Source of the DNA: Tetramitus jugosus
Lineage: Eukaryota > Protista > Heterolobosea
NCBI GenBank assembly: GCA_937625935.1
Contig: OW569382.1
Span: 1-64,000 of the forward strand
Length of the DNA: 64,000 nt
Direction: 5' to 3'
Shown: positions 20,961-31,824 of the stretch, piece by piece
How positions within the stretch are numbered: position 1 is the first letter of the stretch
Layout of the letters: every line of letters begins with the position of its first letter
Notes under the pieces: generated by a model
What the model was told of the DNA's origin: nothing
Databases searched by the model: none
The model's input: only the letters and a program-made list of their open reading frames with translations
Program-made: the position numbers and the translations under genes

Positions 20961-22040
20961 ATGAACAAGGATCAAATATCCACCAAACTACGAGAGTTGG
21001 TGATTGAAAACATGAAAACATCATCATCACCATCATCCTCACCACAAGTTGATGTCGAACAACAACAACAACAACAACAAATCATTACCAAATCAAGAGA
21101 TCCAAGCTCATTGGCCGTCATTGCCATCTCTGTTCTCACTCAAGTCATTGAACAATCAAAATCAACAACCATGATGGAACTCAACAATGAGTTGAAATCT
21201 GCAGTCGAATGCATCAAGCACACTGCTCTTCATGATTTGACAGATATTGAAGAACTTCGAACATCTACCATCTCTCTCTACAGTGCCTGTGAATTGTTTA
21301 TGAGATTTGTGACTAGACAATTTGTAGAGAGCAATGATTTCAATGCTTGTAAACAAAAGCTTTCAGAGAGAGGAACATATATTGCTGAATTGTCATCTCA
21401 GAGCAAGAAAAAAGTCGTTACACTGTTTACACCATTCTTTAGAGACAATATGACTGTGATGGTTGTGGGTCACAGTAAAGTGGTCATGTCTGTTTTGCTT
21501 CATGCGGCTCAAAACGTTCGTTTCAGTGTCATTATCCCTGAGAGCAGACCTGATGCTGAAGGTTACAAATCAGCCAATGAACTACAAAAGGCAGGTGTTC
21601 CAGTCACATTGATTGTGGACTCTGCTGTTGCACATGTGATGAATTCGGTTGATTTTGTCTTGTCTGGTGCGGAAGGTGTGGTTGAGAGCGGTGGTGTCAT
21701 CAACAAGATTGGAACATATCAAATTGCTATTTTGGCCAAGGTTCACAAGAAGCCATTCTACGTTGCTGCGGAGAGTTTCAAGTTTGTGAGATCCTATCCA
21801 CTGAATCAATCTGATATTGCTAGCTTCGAGTACATTAACCCACCAGCATACACGCGCATACCAGAAGAACAGAGCTCTTCCAACGATTCTGTCATACTGA
21901 AGGAATTGGACTCTGGAATCACAATCAGAAATCCAACAAGCGACTTCACTCCACCGAGCTACATTACGCTTCTGTTTACGGATTTGGGAATTCTGACGCC
22001 GTCAGGTGTGAGCGATGAACTGATCAAGCTATACACATAA
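20961..22040 (+). CDS. EIF2B1: Translation initiation factor eIF2B alpha subunit
   Basis: ELFMRFVT, ESRPD, VLSGAEGVVESGGVINKIGTYQ, KPFYVAAESFKFVRSYPLNQ, DFTPPSYITLLFTDLGILTPSGVSDELIKLY. Confidence 0.96.
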   Translation: MNKDQISTKLRELVIENMKTSSSPSSSPQVDVEQQQQQQQIITKSRDPSSLAVIAISVLTQVIEQSKSTTMMELNNELKSAVECIKHTALHDLTDIEELRTSTISLYSACELFMRFVTRQFVESNDFNACKQKLSERGTYIAELSSQSKKKVVTLFTPFFRDNMTVMVVGHSKVVMSVLLHAAQNVRFSVIIPESRPDAEGYKSANELQKAGVPVTLIVDSAVAHVMNSVDFVLSGAEGVVESGGVINKIGTYQIAILAKVHKKPFYVAAESFKFVRSYPLNQSDIASFEYINPPAYTRIPEEQSSSNDSVILKELDSGITIRNPTSDFTPPSYITLLFTDLGILTPSGVSDELIKLYT

Positions 22041-22154
22041 GTCAACTTTGCTGTTTGCATGCATCGTCGAACACACATAAAGACATTTTCAGTTCAAGAG
22101 ATGACTCGGAAAATTTTATGATACAGTTATATGGTATTTACTTAGGACCATGGC

Positions 22155-22746
22155 TTAGAACAAGTTAGTTTTCTTCATGATTCTAAAGAACTCCTCTTCA
22201 GTAATCTCACCACTCTTGCTCTTGGATGCCTCTTCAATCATTTCTCGCAATTCATCATCAGTCATGTTCTCACCAAGCTCCTTAGCAACTCTCTTCAAAT
22301 TGGCAAAAGTAATTGTACCAGTGTCATCATCATCAAACAATCTGAAAGCTTTCATAATTTCAGCTCTAGAGTCCTTCTCACTCATTTTGGCTGTCATCAA
22401 GTTCAAAAAATCTGCAAAGTCAATCTTTCCACTTCCTTCCTTGTCAATCTCTGAGATCATCTTCTTGATTTCGTCCTTTTTTGGCTCAAATCCCAGAGCT
22501 CTCATGGCAACTTTCAATTCCTTGGCATCAATCTTGCCAGAGCCATCAGTGTCAAACAAATCGAAAGCTTCTCTAATTTCTTGTCTTTGTTCGTCAGTTA
22601 GCTCTATTTGCACCTTGTTTCCTCTGGCATTGGATCCTATCTTCTTGTATGATTTCTGTGAACAAGATCAGAAAAATTCAAAAAAATTAGCATGTTAAAT
22701 TTCGGATCGTCAACAATTGGTGACGTGAAATTTGGTGCCATACCAT
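22155..22746 (-). CDS. CETN: Centrin (caltractin), 2 exons, 167 aa
   Basis: [35 protein letters not shown]...MKKTNLF; exon 1 is the ATG alone (22744-22746), intron 22656-22743 with GTATGG, GCTAAT branch point and CACAG. Confidence 0.95.
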
Positions 22747-22987
22747 TTTTGTTGTATTGTTCGCTCTGTGATTTTTTATTTTGAGCCTTGCGTTCTTCGA
22801 CTAAAATTCGTAACTCAAACACAAAGTATTTGAGCGCCAAAAAACTTACAATCCGCCGCCATCATTTCACCGAAAATTTCGAGCGTGCACAAACTGATTG
22901 AAACTTCCATTTTTTCACACCAAACCAGACAAACAAAGAAAGAAAACTCTCGCCAACAACAACACACAGTCGCAACAAAAGCATCCA

Positions 22988-24199
22988 ATGGCACAAGTTA
23001 TCCAATTCACCGGTGCACAAAACTTTCGACAACGCATCATTTGCTCCGTTCTGAGCAACCGTCCCATCATTATCACTCAAATTCGATCTCCACCACCATC
23101 CTCATCATCGAACTATCATTATCAACAACGCCAAAACAACAACAACTATAACAACAACAACAACAAGAATAATAAGCAAAAAACTGGATTATTACCTCAT
23201 GAAATCAATTTACTCCGACTCATTGATCGAATCACAAAGGGAACAGCTGTACAAGTGAGTTCCGATGGTACTACACTTTCATTCAAACCTGGTACGATAA
23301 CGAATATGAATGGTCAGCCTATTACCCATCAATGCACCACTGTAGGTGACAGAGGTTTTGGTTATTGGTTAGAGTGCTTGTTGTGCATTGCTCCTTTTGG
23401 TAAAAAAGCTCTTGATATTACGTTGACAGATGGTTTAACAAACTCACAAAAGGATATTTCGGTGGATTGCGTGAGAAACACGACACTCTTCTTGTTGAAT
23501 CAATATTTTTTAAAGAATGGCGATGGCGGCAATGCGACGCTTCAAATTCTCAAGCGTGGTGCGTATCCTGAGGGCGGCGGACAAATTAGACTAAAAATAC
23601 CAATCGTAAAGAACCAAATTCCTCCGATTCAACTACTGAACGAGGGAATGATTAAGCGGGTGAGAGGCATTGCGTATGCGACTCGTGTCGCTCCAGCATT
23701 GGCCAACAGAATGGTCGAGAGTGCAAAGGGATTCATGCACAATTTTATTCCTGATGTCTGGGTGTACACGGATCACTACACGGGAGCTGCATCAGGAAAT
23801 AGCTCTGGTTATGCACTGTATTTGCAAGCAGAGAGTGATACGGGTGTTCGTTTGTCTGTTGAATACACACCTGAACCCACTAATCAAGAGCTAAAAACAC
23901 TCAATGTGCCAGAAGACATTGGAGAACATGCTTCCAAGTTGTTGTGTGAAGAGATTAAGGTTGGTGGCTGTGTTGATCGTATGAACCAGTGGATTGTCTT
24001 GCTGTTTATGGCGTTGAGCTCTCAGGATGTGAGCAAAGTTCGATTGGGAAAGTTGACACCGTACAGTATGGAATGGCTGCGAACGATACGCGAGTTTTTT
24101 GGTGTCGTTTTCAAGATTACACCAGACTATGAGACGAGAACACTGGTGTTGAGTTGTGTCGGAACAGGTTATCGTAATATGGCCAGAAGAAGCAACTAA
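22988..24199 (+). CDS. RCL1: RNA 3'-terminal phosphate cyclase-like protein (18S rRNA biogenesis)
   Basis: FTGAQNFRQR, IAPFGKK, KRGAYPEGGG, IKRVRGIAYATRV, FIPDVWVYTD, PEDIG, DVSKVRLGKL, SCVGTGY. Confidence 0.95.
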   Translation: MAQVIQFTGAQNFRQRIICSVLSNRPIIITQIRSPPPSSSSNYHYQQRQNNNNYNNNNNKNNKQKTGLLPHEINLLRLIDRITKGTAVQVSSDGTTLSFKPGTITNMNGQPITHQCTTVGDRGFGYWLECLLCIAPFGKKALDITLTDGLTNSQKDISVDCVRNTTLFLLNQYFLKNGDGGNATLQILKRGAYPEGGGQIRLKIPIVKNQIPPIQLLNEGMIKRVRGIAYATRVAPALANRMVESAKGFMHNFIPDVWVYTDHYTGAASGNSSGYALYLQAESDTGVRLSVEYTPEPTNQELKTLNVPEDIGEHASKLLCEEIKVGGCVDRMNQWIVLLFMALSSQDVSKVRLGKLTPYSMEWLRTIREFFGVVFKITPDYETRTLVLSCVGTGYRNMARRSN

Positions 24200-24277
24200 G
24201 TAAATGCAAACCACCAAATTTTCAAGTTGTTCTTTTGTTGTTATTATTTTTTACAATTTTATATTACTTAATATGCT

Positions 24278-26736
24278 CTAGTGATATGCGTGGAGGGAGG
24301 ATGTTTGAGATGGATCACCGAATGGACAACGAGAGGTATCTCCCTCTTCGTCCAATGGTTGCAGATGTTGTGTTCTCTGAATACATTGATTGAGCTGCTG
24401 TCTCTTGAGATCCAAATCTTGTTGTGCCTGTTTCAACAACTCTGTATCGCCATCCGCGCTGGCCAACTTTCGTTCCCATTCGATGGTAGCCATGTCTTTT
24501 TCAACCTTCCGTCGCTTGGCGGCTCCTCTTGCGTACTTTGTCCACATTGCTCTGTCGAATGCTTTTAAGAGAGCATATTCGTCAGTGTGATTGATACGGA
24601 ACATGGGATCGATGTTCTCTAATCCAATGACGAATTGATCAATATCTTCGTGACTCGAAAATTTCACCTTCTTTTCCATCTTGAACTTGGCAGCAAAGGC
24701 TTCGTTTGTTGGATAAAAGGATAGTCCACAGGATCCCTTGGTTTTCAGCTTGTTCATAAATATTCCAATAGGTGATTGTCGATGTATACTCGTTTGTATT
24801 CCAAGGTGATCCAATATCGAATCCACAAAGTCCTGACAATTCATCGTAGTGACACAATCACCCCCTGCGGATACATAGTCAATATGACCATTAATATGAA
24901 TAATGTACTTTGCGATCCGTTCCAGAACTTCGACAATTGCACCCGAGGAATGAACTGTAGCGATATCAGCACTCAGAATGGTATTATCTGATCCTAATTG
25001 ACAATTCCTAGGAATGCACAACCCAGAGTTATTGAACTCTATAATAAAAGGGCCCACAAGGAGCGCACTATGAAACTACACGAGATTTGTTCATTAATTG
25101 TAAGAAAAAAGTTTAGTGACTTCACTCGTGGGACAAAAACACAAAATGATTAGATAATTGTGCTCATACATACAATGCCTAGTTCAGGAAAGTATTGACT
25201 GTGAGAAGCCAATGGACTAATCAACCTTCTAAGGTTCATTCTACGCCCTACAGTCAAGGTGTTTCGAACCTCTGTAATTAATAATTTAATTTTCATTGTC
25301 TTCTCTTGTTCCTTTGGATCATATTCCTCAGCAGCTCTCTGCAGCATCTCATCCGTAATCTCAAAGTCATTCTCTCTCTCTTCTTCACCCAATACTTTTT
25401 CAGGATCGGCGACATCATCCAATTCAGTGATAGCACCATTATTATTCTCAACAGCTTCTGCTTCTGGATCACTTTGTTGACTCATAAACTTTTCTTTGAG
25501 AATCTTCTTCTCAAGAGCTTTCAGAATTCTGTCATCCGAGTTGTGTCTCGCTAAGATTTGAGAGACACTCTTGTTAAAGTACTTGTTTTGAAACTCTTTT
25601 TCATTCACAAGACAAAGAACAAACTTGTCAATGATTGCTTCATCTTTCAATTGTTTGCTATAGTATGTAGAAGCAAGGATTTTGCTTTTGACCTTTTGGA
25701 ACTCATTCGTCTTTCCTGTCAATGCCAACCCTGCAGATTCAGACTGGGGTACAGTGACTTGTTGCGGCCGGAAAGACAAAATCACTGGTACCCAAGCAGA
25801 AAACACTTGATCAATGAAGCATGCTATAAACAAAAAGTATCCATAGGGCCAATATCTCTCTGCCGTGACATAGATTTTCCAGAAGAGAGACGATAGAATC
25901 GTAAAGACAACAAACACCAATATCCACTGACATCCAACAATCACCAATTCAATCTGCATGCCACGTCTATTCTGTCCACCGCCTCTACGAACAAACAGAA
26001 ACACAAACAGAATCAATTGTCCAGCCAAATAAAACATGACCTGTCCAACAATCACATAACCAATAATGGGAGAGATGGAACACGTTCGATTAAAACTAAA
26101 ATACAGTGATATATCTCCCTTGGCCACACCAATTATCAAGAAGAACATTCCATGAATCAAAAAAGCAACCAATATCGCAATCGTTGTAAACTTCCATCCG
26201 ATCCAAAACTTCCACAATGATAGTGCTCGTTTCATTCGCTTCGACACATCCAATATATCCTGCGATACTTCTACTGTCATTGTCGTCGAAGCATGATTCC
26301 TTCGACGCATCGTCATGTACAGCATTTCAATCGATTGAAGCTCATTCAACACGATTAATCTCCAACAACGGAGCAAACCAGGCAAAAAGGCAACTGGAAT
26401 CAACAATGAGAAATTAATGGCGTACAAGAAGCAGGGATATCTCCACCGACCAATCATGAACCTCGAAGCACTCATGACAACAATGTACGATTGACCAATC
26501 AATGACAGTAACAACAAGAGTGCGTTCCTAGCTTTCACAGGCTCATGATTTCTTCGTATGATTATGAGTGCACCCAACACCAATAGTTGAATGACACCAA
26601 TAGAGAAAATGATGGCCGAGGAGATGGGGACGGCCAGAGAATCCCGGTAATTGACAAACACTTTTCCGTCTGGACGTGTATCATTGTATGGGGCATTCCA
26701 TGAGCTCTTGGGAAAGGACAGAGGATCCACTGTCAT
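24278..26736 (-). CDS. 7TM receptor-like protein fused to a permuted papain-like (PPPDE/LRAT-type) domain, 2 exons, ~786 aa
   Basis: Seven hydrophobic segments; phase-0 intron 25076-25173 joins to GI|FHSALLVGPFIIEFNNSGLCIP...NCQDFV (His before Cys). Confidence 0.7.
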
Positions 26737-27327
26737 TTAGCAAACGTTTTATGGTCGTCTGATGTCCTTTTCGCGTTTTTGTGGTTTGACAGTGTTGTGT
26801 TCGCAGATTACAGAAGATGCCAAAAGTCAAACAAAAAATTTGTTCGAAGTAAACAATTCTGCGACATCGTCACAAGTCAAATATTTTGTTCTGATCGGAA
26901 GATTAGTCGTGCAACAACCAGGACGGAAATACCTCCCAAGTGTTGTGTGTTATCTTGTGAAACCAACTACTCGTTTCAATTGGACAGTTCATTTTGAGTG
27001 TTTATAACCAATAGAACGGCGATCCATGGCTTCATTTTGTTTGTGGTCGTCTGTTTGCCCAAAGAGAGCGCCATCCTCTTTTTAGCTACTGGGATGAGCC
27101 ATTGAGATGGCATCGTCCACACATTGAGTGTCATCTATTTTAATGACAGCATGACTCTAAGAAATCAAAGTATAAAAGACCCCTGGATAGAAGGTCAAGA
27201 ATCAGTTACTCACTGAAAATAATAACAAAACTATTAAGAACTAAGAACCATCAGGCCATATTGTTTTGAAGTGTTGATCACAATAGTAGTAGAAGAATAC
27301 GATAGAACTTAAATTTTTTAATCAAGT

Positions 27328-30015
27328 ATGATAGCTTCTAATAGAACCCTAAGATTGGGAGCAATGTTGATGCTGGTGTGTCTATTGCTCTTTTCCTGGT
27401 CTGAAGTCATTCGGTCAGCAACCGACTGCCCTCATTTGAGAGAAGGTTTGCTCAAATGGTCCTTGGCTGAGACTTGGACAGCCAATAACATGCAAGTACC
27501 ATCAAACATGAGTACAGTTACTATTAACAACGGAATGCATGTATTGTTAGATGTTGAGAACCCTCCTAGGCTATCTGGTATTGAAATTATGCCCGGTGGT
27601 TCATTGACTTGGGATTTGAAACCCATTCAATTGAACGTCGGCCACATCCTCGTCATGGGTCAAATGATCATTGGTAATGATAGTTGTAGATTTGACCAAA
27701 ACACTGTAATTACGTTGGAGGATGAAACAACGACTCCTGCTGGAGGAGTTGGACAAAAGGTCATTGGTATTTTGGAAGGTGGTGAACTGCTCATGTACGG
27801 AAAGGTTTACAGCCCAGTGTGGACCAGAATAGCAAAAACGGCAACTAAGGGATCTAATTCCATTGAGCTGGTTGAGTCTGTGGAGTGGAGAGTCGGAGAC
27901 AAGATTGTTATTGCTCCAACAGGTTATGACATGAATGAAGCAGAGGAGAATGTAATCAAATCAATCTCCACTGACAACAAAACCATTACTTTGACTAATC
28001 CATTGAAGTATGAACATTTTGGAGTGAGCCCTGACAGTAACGACGGGTTCGAAGAAAGAGCTGAAGTAGGTGTTTTGAATCGATATATCAGAGTTGAGGG
28101 AAACATGAATTCTGAGAAGAATGGATTTGGAGGACATACCATGGTCATGGACATGTACAAGAAGGCTGACTTTGTAGGTGTTGAATTCACTCGATGTGGT
28201 CAAAGAGATGTTCTCGCACGTTATCCAATTCACTATCATGTGGTTGAAACAGGTGCGAACAGTATGGTGAAAGACAACTCAATTCACTACAATTATCAGA
28301 GATGTATTACATTACACTCTGTCAGTTATTTACCAGTTTTGAACAACTTGTGCTATGATGTCGAAGGTCATGGAATTTTCATTGAAGATGGTTATGATGT
28401 AGGTGCAGTGATGGATCACAACTTGGTGATCAAGGTGAATCCAGGAACTCTTCAACCACATGACAAGTATGCCTCCAGTGGTTTCTTCCTAACCAATCCA
28501 AACAACACCTTTACTAACAATCAAGTATCTGGTGCCATTGGTAATGGGTTTTGGTTAGCACCTCCCATGGAACTAATTGGACCAAGTCATGATAAGTATG
28601 ATCCAACTGACCCCTCAAGAACAATCCTTGGAAAGTTTGAAAACAACAAGGTTCGTACTGTTAAGCAGAATGGTTTGTTCGTTGACTTGGGTCCAGATAT
28701 GGAAAATCATCCTGTTGTTCCAGGTTATGATCCAAGACAGAATCCAAACGATCCAAAGTCTACTCCTGTTGCAGCACTATTTTCCAAGTTCCAAGCAACA
28801 AAGGTTTCACAGGTTGGAGTGTACACTCGAGGAGGATATCATGTCATTCAAGATGCAATGATTGGTGGTGCGTTCGCTGGCGTCCGATTTGCTAACGCTC
28901 CTGGGGCTATCGCACGACAAACAATGAGTGGAGGATTGATTACTCGAGTCACAAAGAACAGCCCGACTGACTTGCCTCACAAAGGAACAGATTATGAAAG
29001 TGAACCCGTTAGAGGAATCATTGGCAACGGAGGTCCAAATTCCTTCTCCGGTGTCAAGTTCCAAGGATTCACTCTTCCTAATGGAGCCTGCATTGCATCG
29101 ATGGGAACAGAACAAATGTCACCTCGCAACTCCTACAAGGATTTGGTTTGTGACGGAGGTCAAACTCTTCTCTATGCTAACACTGGAACCAAGGTGACGG
29201 ATAACGAGAAAATGTTTGCTGCTTTGCAGATCCAAGGAACAAGTATTCAGGAAATTGTTGTGAATAATGACTTTATGAGAGCATCTGCCTCTAAATGCGA
29301 AAAGAAGAGTGATTCATTATTGAATTGCAAGAGTGGAACTCATGTTCAACTTGCCATTGAAGACTTATCGTATGCCGATACCGTGTATCCTTCCTCTTTG
29401 AAACCAGCAGATCCCCATGCCACAGTGTATAGACTAAATGCAGCCAACAAGTACAGTGTCAAATCAAAGATTACAGTAACTGGCTATAGTAACACGTTTA
29501 TTACCAGTACTGGAAAGACAACAATGTATCCACTCATTGTTCCACTCGAGGATAGCAGTGATTCCTACGGTATTGCATTCCAACATCAGACACCAACTAG
29601 AACAAGAGTATCTCTGGATAGCGCAACAAAGGGTTCTATGACTATCGTTCACATGTGCTACAATCCAAAGTCCTCGTCTATCAAAGCAATTCAAACAGAG
29701 GGAAAGTCAATGACAGCAGCTGCCAGCGAAAGCGAACTCAGCCAAGGAAACAAGTATTGGTATGATAACAAAAATGGTATTCTCTCCTTCCCTATTGTAT
29801 CTCTGAGAGATGATGTGACAGCGACAGCTGGCAACACCTCTACAATTGTGATAATCGACGCTGAGGTGACAAGTTCCGATCCATTCAATTGTTTCTCCGG
29901 ACTTGAAGGCCAACAGAGTTCTAACGATGCCAACATGATAGTTTCATGGCGTTCTAGCTTGATAATCAGTGTTGTTGTCATCATCTCAACAATGGTTGCC
30001 TTCTTCACCCATTAA
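27328..30015 (+). CDS. G8-domain / parallel beta-helix surface protein (TMEM2/CEMIP/fibrocystin-like)
   Basis: Signal peptide, G8 region, WTRIAKTA..G, RAEVGVLNR, FGGH, GQ..LARYPIHYH, RCITLH, GHGIFIEDG, NPNN; hydrophobic C-terminal TM/GPI tail. Confidence 0.9.
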   Translation: MIASNRTLRLGAMLMLVCLLLFSWSEVIRSATDCPHLREGLLKWSLAETWTANNMQVPSNMSTVTINNGMHVLLDVENPPRLSGIEIMPGGSLTWDLKPIQLNVGHILVMGQMIIGNDSCRFDQNTVITLEDETTTPAGGVGQKVIGILEGGELLMYGKVYSPVWTRIAKTATKGSNSIELVESVEWRVGDKIVIAPTGYDMNEAEENVIKSISTDNKTITLTNPLKYEHFGVSPDSNDGFEERAEVGVLNRYIRVEGNMNSEKNGFGGHTMVMDMYKKADFVGVEFTRCGQRDVLARYPIHYHVVETGANSMVKDNSIHYNYQRCITLHSVSYLPVLNNLCYDVEGHGIFIEDGYDVGAVMDHNLVIKVNPGTLQPHDKYASSGFFLTNPNNTFTNNQVSGAIGNGFWLAPPMELIGPSHDKYDPTDPSRTILGKFENNKVRTVKQNGLFVDLGPDMENHPVVPGYDPRQNPNDPKSTPVAALFSKFQATKVSQVGVYTRGGYHVIQDAMIGGAFAGVRFANAPGAIARQTMSGGLITRVTKNSPTDLPHKGTDYESEPVRGIIGNGGPNSFSGVKFQGFTLPNGACIASMGTEQMSPRNSYKDLVCDGGQTLLYANTGTKVTDNEKMFAALQIQGTSIQEIVVNNDFMRASASKCEKKSDSLLNCKSGTHVQLAIEDLSYADTVYPSSLKPADPHATVYRLNAANKYSVKSKITVTGYSNTFITSTGKTTMYPLIVPLEDSSDSYGIAFQHQTPTRTRVSLDSATKGSMTIVHMCYNPKSSSIKAIQTEGKSMTAAASESELSQGNKYWYDNKNGILSFPIVSLRDDVTATAGNTSTIVIIDAEVTSSDPFNCFSGLEGQQSSNDANMIVSWRSSLIISVVVIISTMVAFFTH

Positions 30016-30432
30016 TACCCATGACAATTTGTAAATAAATTGAACCAATTCTGTGAAAGCGCGCAAACATTTTACAAAAAAACGGTCGAGTCCGAAAGAG
30101 GTGGAACACCTCCAAAATGGAAGGAAACTTCTCATTTTGGTTTGAACTGACATCACCGCACTTGTCATCTTTGATGTGAGGAACAAACAACAAGATGTGA
30201 GAGACATATGAAAGACGGAAAATGAATTACTGTAATTTACTGCACTGTGAATGAGACCACACACATGATGATAAAAATGTTCAATGTTGGCGGTGGTTCC
30301 TCATTGTTCAGTTGTGAGTAGCTACTATTGCTGTTGAGTGGTGTTGGAGATCACTCACTAATATTATTATTATTGTTATTGTTATTTGATTGTTAAATAT
30401 GATTAAAAATCATAAATGGTGGTTGGTAGTAA

Positions 30433-30596
30433 ATGTGTGTGTTTGTGTCTGTGCATGAGAGAGGGGAGAGTGTGAGAGATAGATGGCTAATATATGAGAG
30501 AGAGAGAGAGAAATGTTGAGGTCTCAACTATTGTATGTGTTGAGAGATATTGTTGTTCTTGTCAATATTGTGTGTGTGTGTGTGTGCGTGTGCGTG
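30433..30596. repeat. GT and GA dinucleotide microsatellites
   Basis: (GT)n and (GA)n runs between convergent genes. Confidence 0.7.
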
Positions 30597-30733
30597 CTAC
30601 ATCTATTGTGCATTGAAGATTGAAATGTTCATCAATGGAGACAACAATAAATGGACGACACATTGCACACATCACATACATCAAACATCACTACACACAT
30701 ACAGAAAAGAAAAATGGACAATAATGAGAGACA

Positions 30734-31489
30734 TTATTGCGTTTTGCATCCTTTTCCTCTCTTGCTCTTTGCATTATCCTGTAGTTCTTCTCTCGTTGGT
30801 ATTTGATCCTCTAGAAAGTCTTCTGCACTGACGACTATGACATCGAATTCTTCGACAAAGTGCCATGCCATATCAATCGCCTTCTTCTTGCCCTTTGGCT
30901 TATTGAATTCGACAAATGCAGCTGAAAAGACAAGAGCTCCTGATCGTGTAATTTCAACATATTTGACACCTCCATCACACTTTTTGAAAAAGTTGTTGAC
31001 TTCGTCTTCTTCAACGACAAATGGTAATTCTAGTACACATATGGCCCTGGAAAGAAATGTCTATTTTAGATGGATTAATTGATTGATTGATTCATGGATG
31101 GATGACGACGAATAATTGTTCGTTTTTGTATCATTTGTTTGTTTGGTTGGTTGGTTTCATGTGATATTTGTATGTGTGTATATATATAGAAGGAAGCAAA
31201 TTGTGTCAGTGGTCATTGAATTTCTCGCTCGTCATCGTCATCGACAAAAAAAATCAAAGGTGTTTCGTAGAGAAAAAATTGTTTTTGATGGAGGTTTTTG
31301 GCGCCAAATGTAAGTTATTTTTGTTTTTTGTCGCTGCCCAGTCGCGATGATGAATGGCGGTTGAAGTCTATCATCAGTTGGCTAATATGCGTTGGTGAAA
31401 AAGTGAATAGTGTTTGATCATACCTTGTCCGCTATGCTTCTCTCTGTTAGTTTCCTCTTGAGCAATGTCACGTTGTTTTCTAGAACCAT
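30734..31489 (-). CDS. Small RRM protein with polybasic CaaX-like tail (2 exons, ~130 aa); absent from ORF track
   Basis: Exon 2 (31060-30734): AICVLELPFVVEEDEVNNFF..SAAFVEF..AI...KSKRGKGCKTQ*. Proposed exon 1 31489-31424 with GTATGA donor and in-frame AATAG acceptor at 31061; exon 1 is less certain. Confidence 0.65.
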
Positions 31490-31824
31490 TTTTTGTGTTT
31501 CGCCGTCTATTGTTTTTTTTGATGGGTTTGTGTGTTTGGGTTGTTGGTTTTTGGTGTTTGTAGCTGATGTTGTGTTTTGATTGTTGGTCGTTTGGGTGAA
31601 GAAATTTGGAGTGCTGAACCAAAGTGGGACCTTCTTATCTCGGTGTGGTGTGTTTTGTTTGGGACACTATGTGTTACTGACAGCGGTGAATTTTTGACAT
31701 GTCAGTAATATTGTAAAGCTCAAAATTTTGGCCCTTTCGAGTTGGCTTCCGGTGCGACAAAAACACCCGCACAGGGAGAAATATCCCAGACAGGGTGTCG
31801 ATTGCCCCACGGAGGCGCAAAGCT

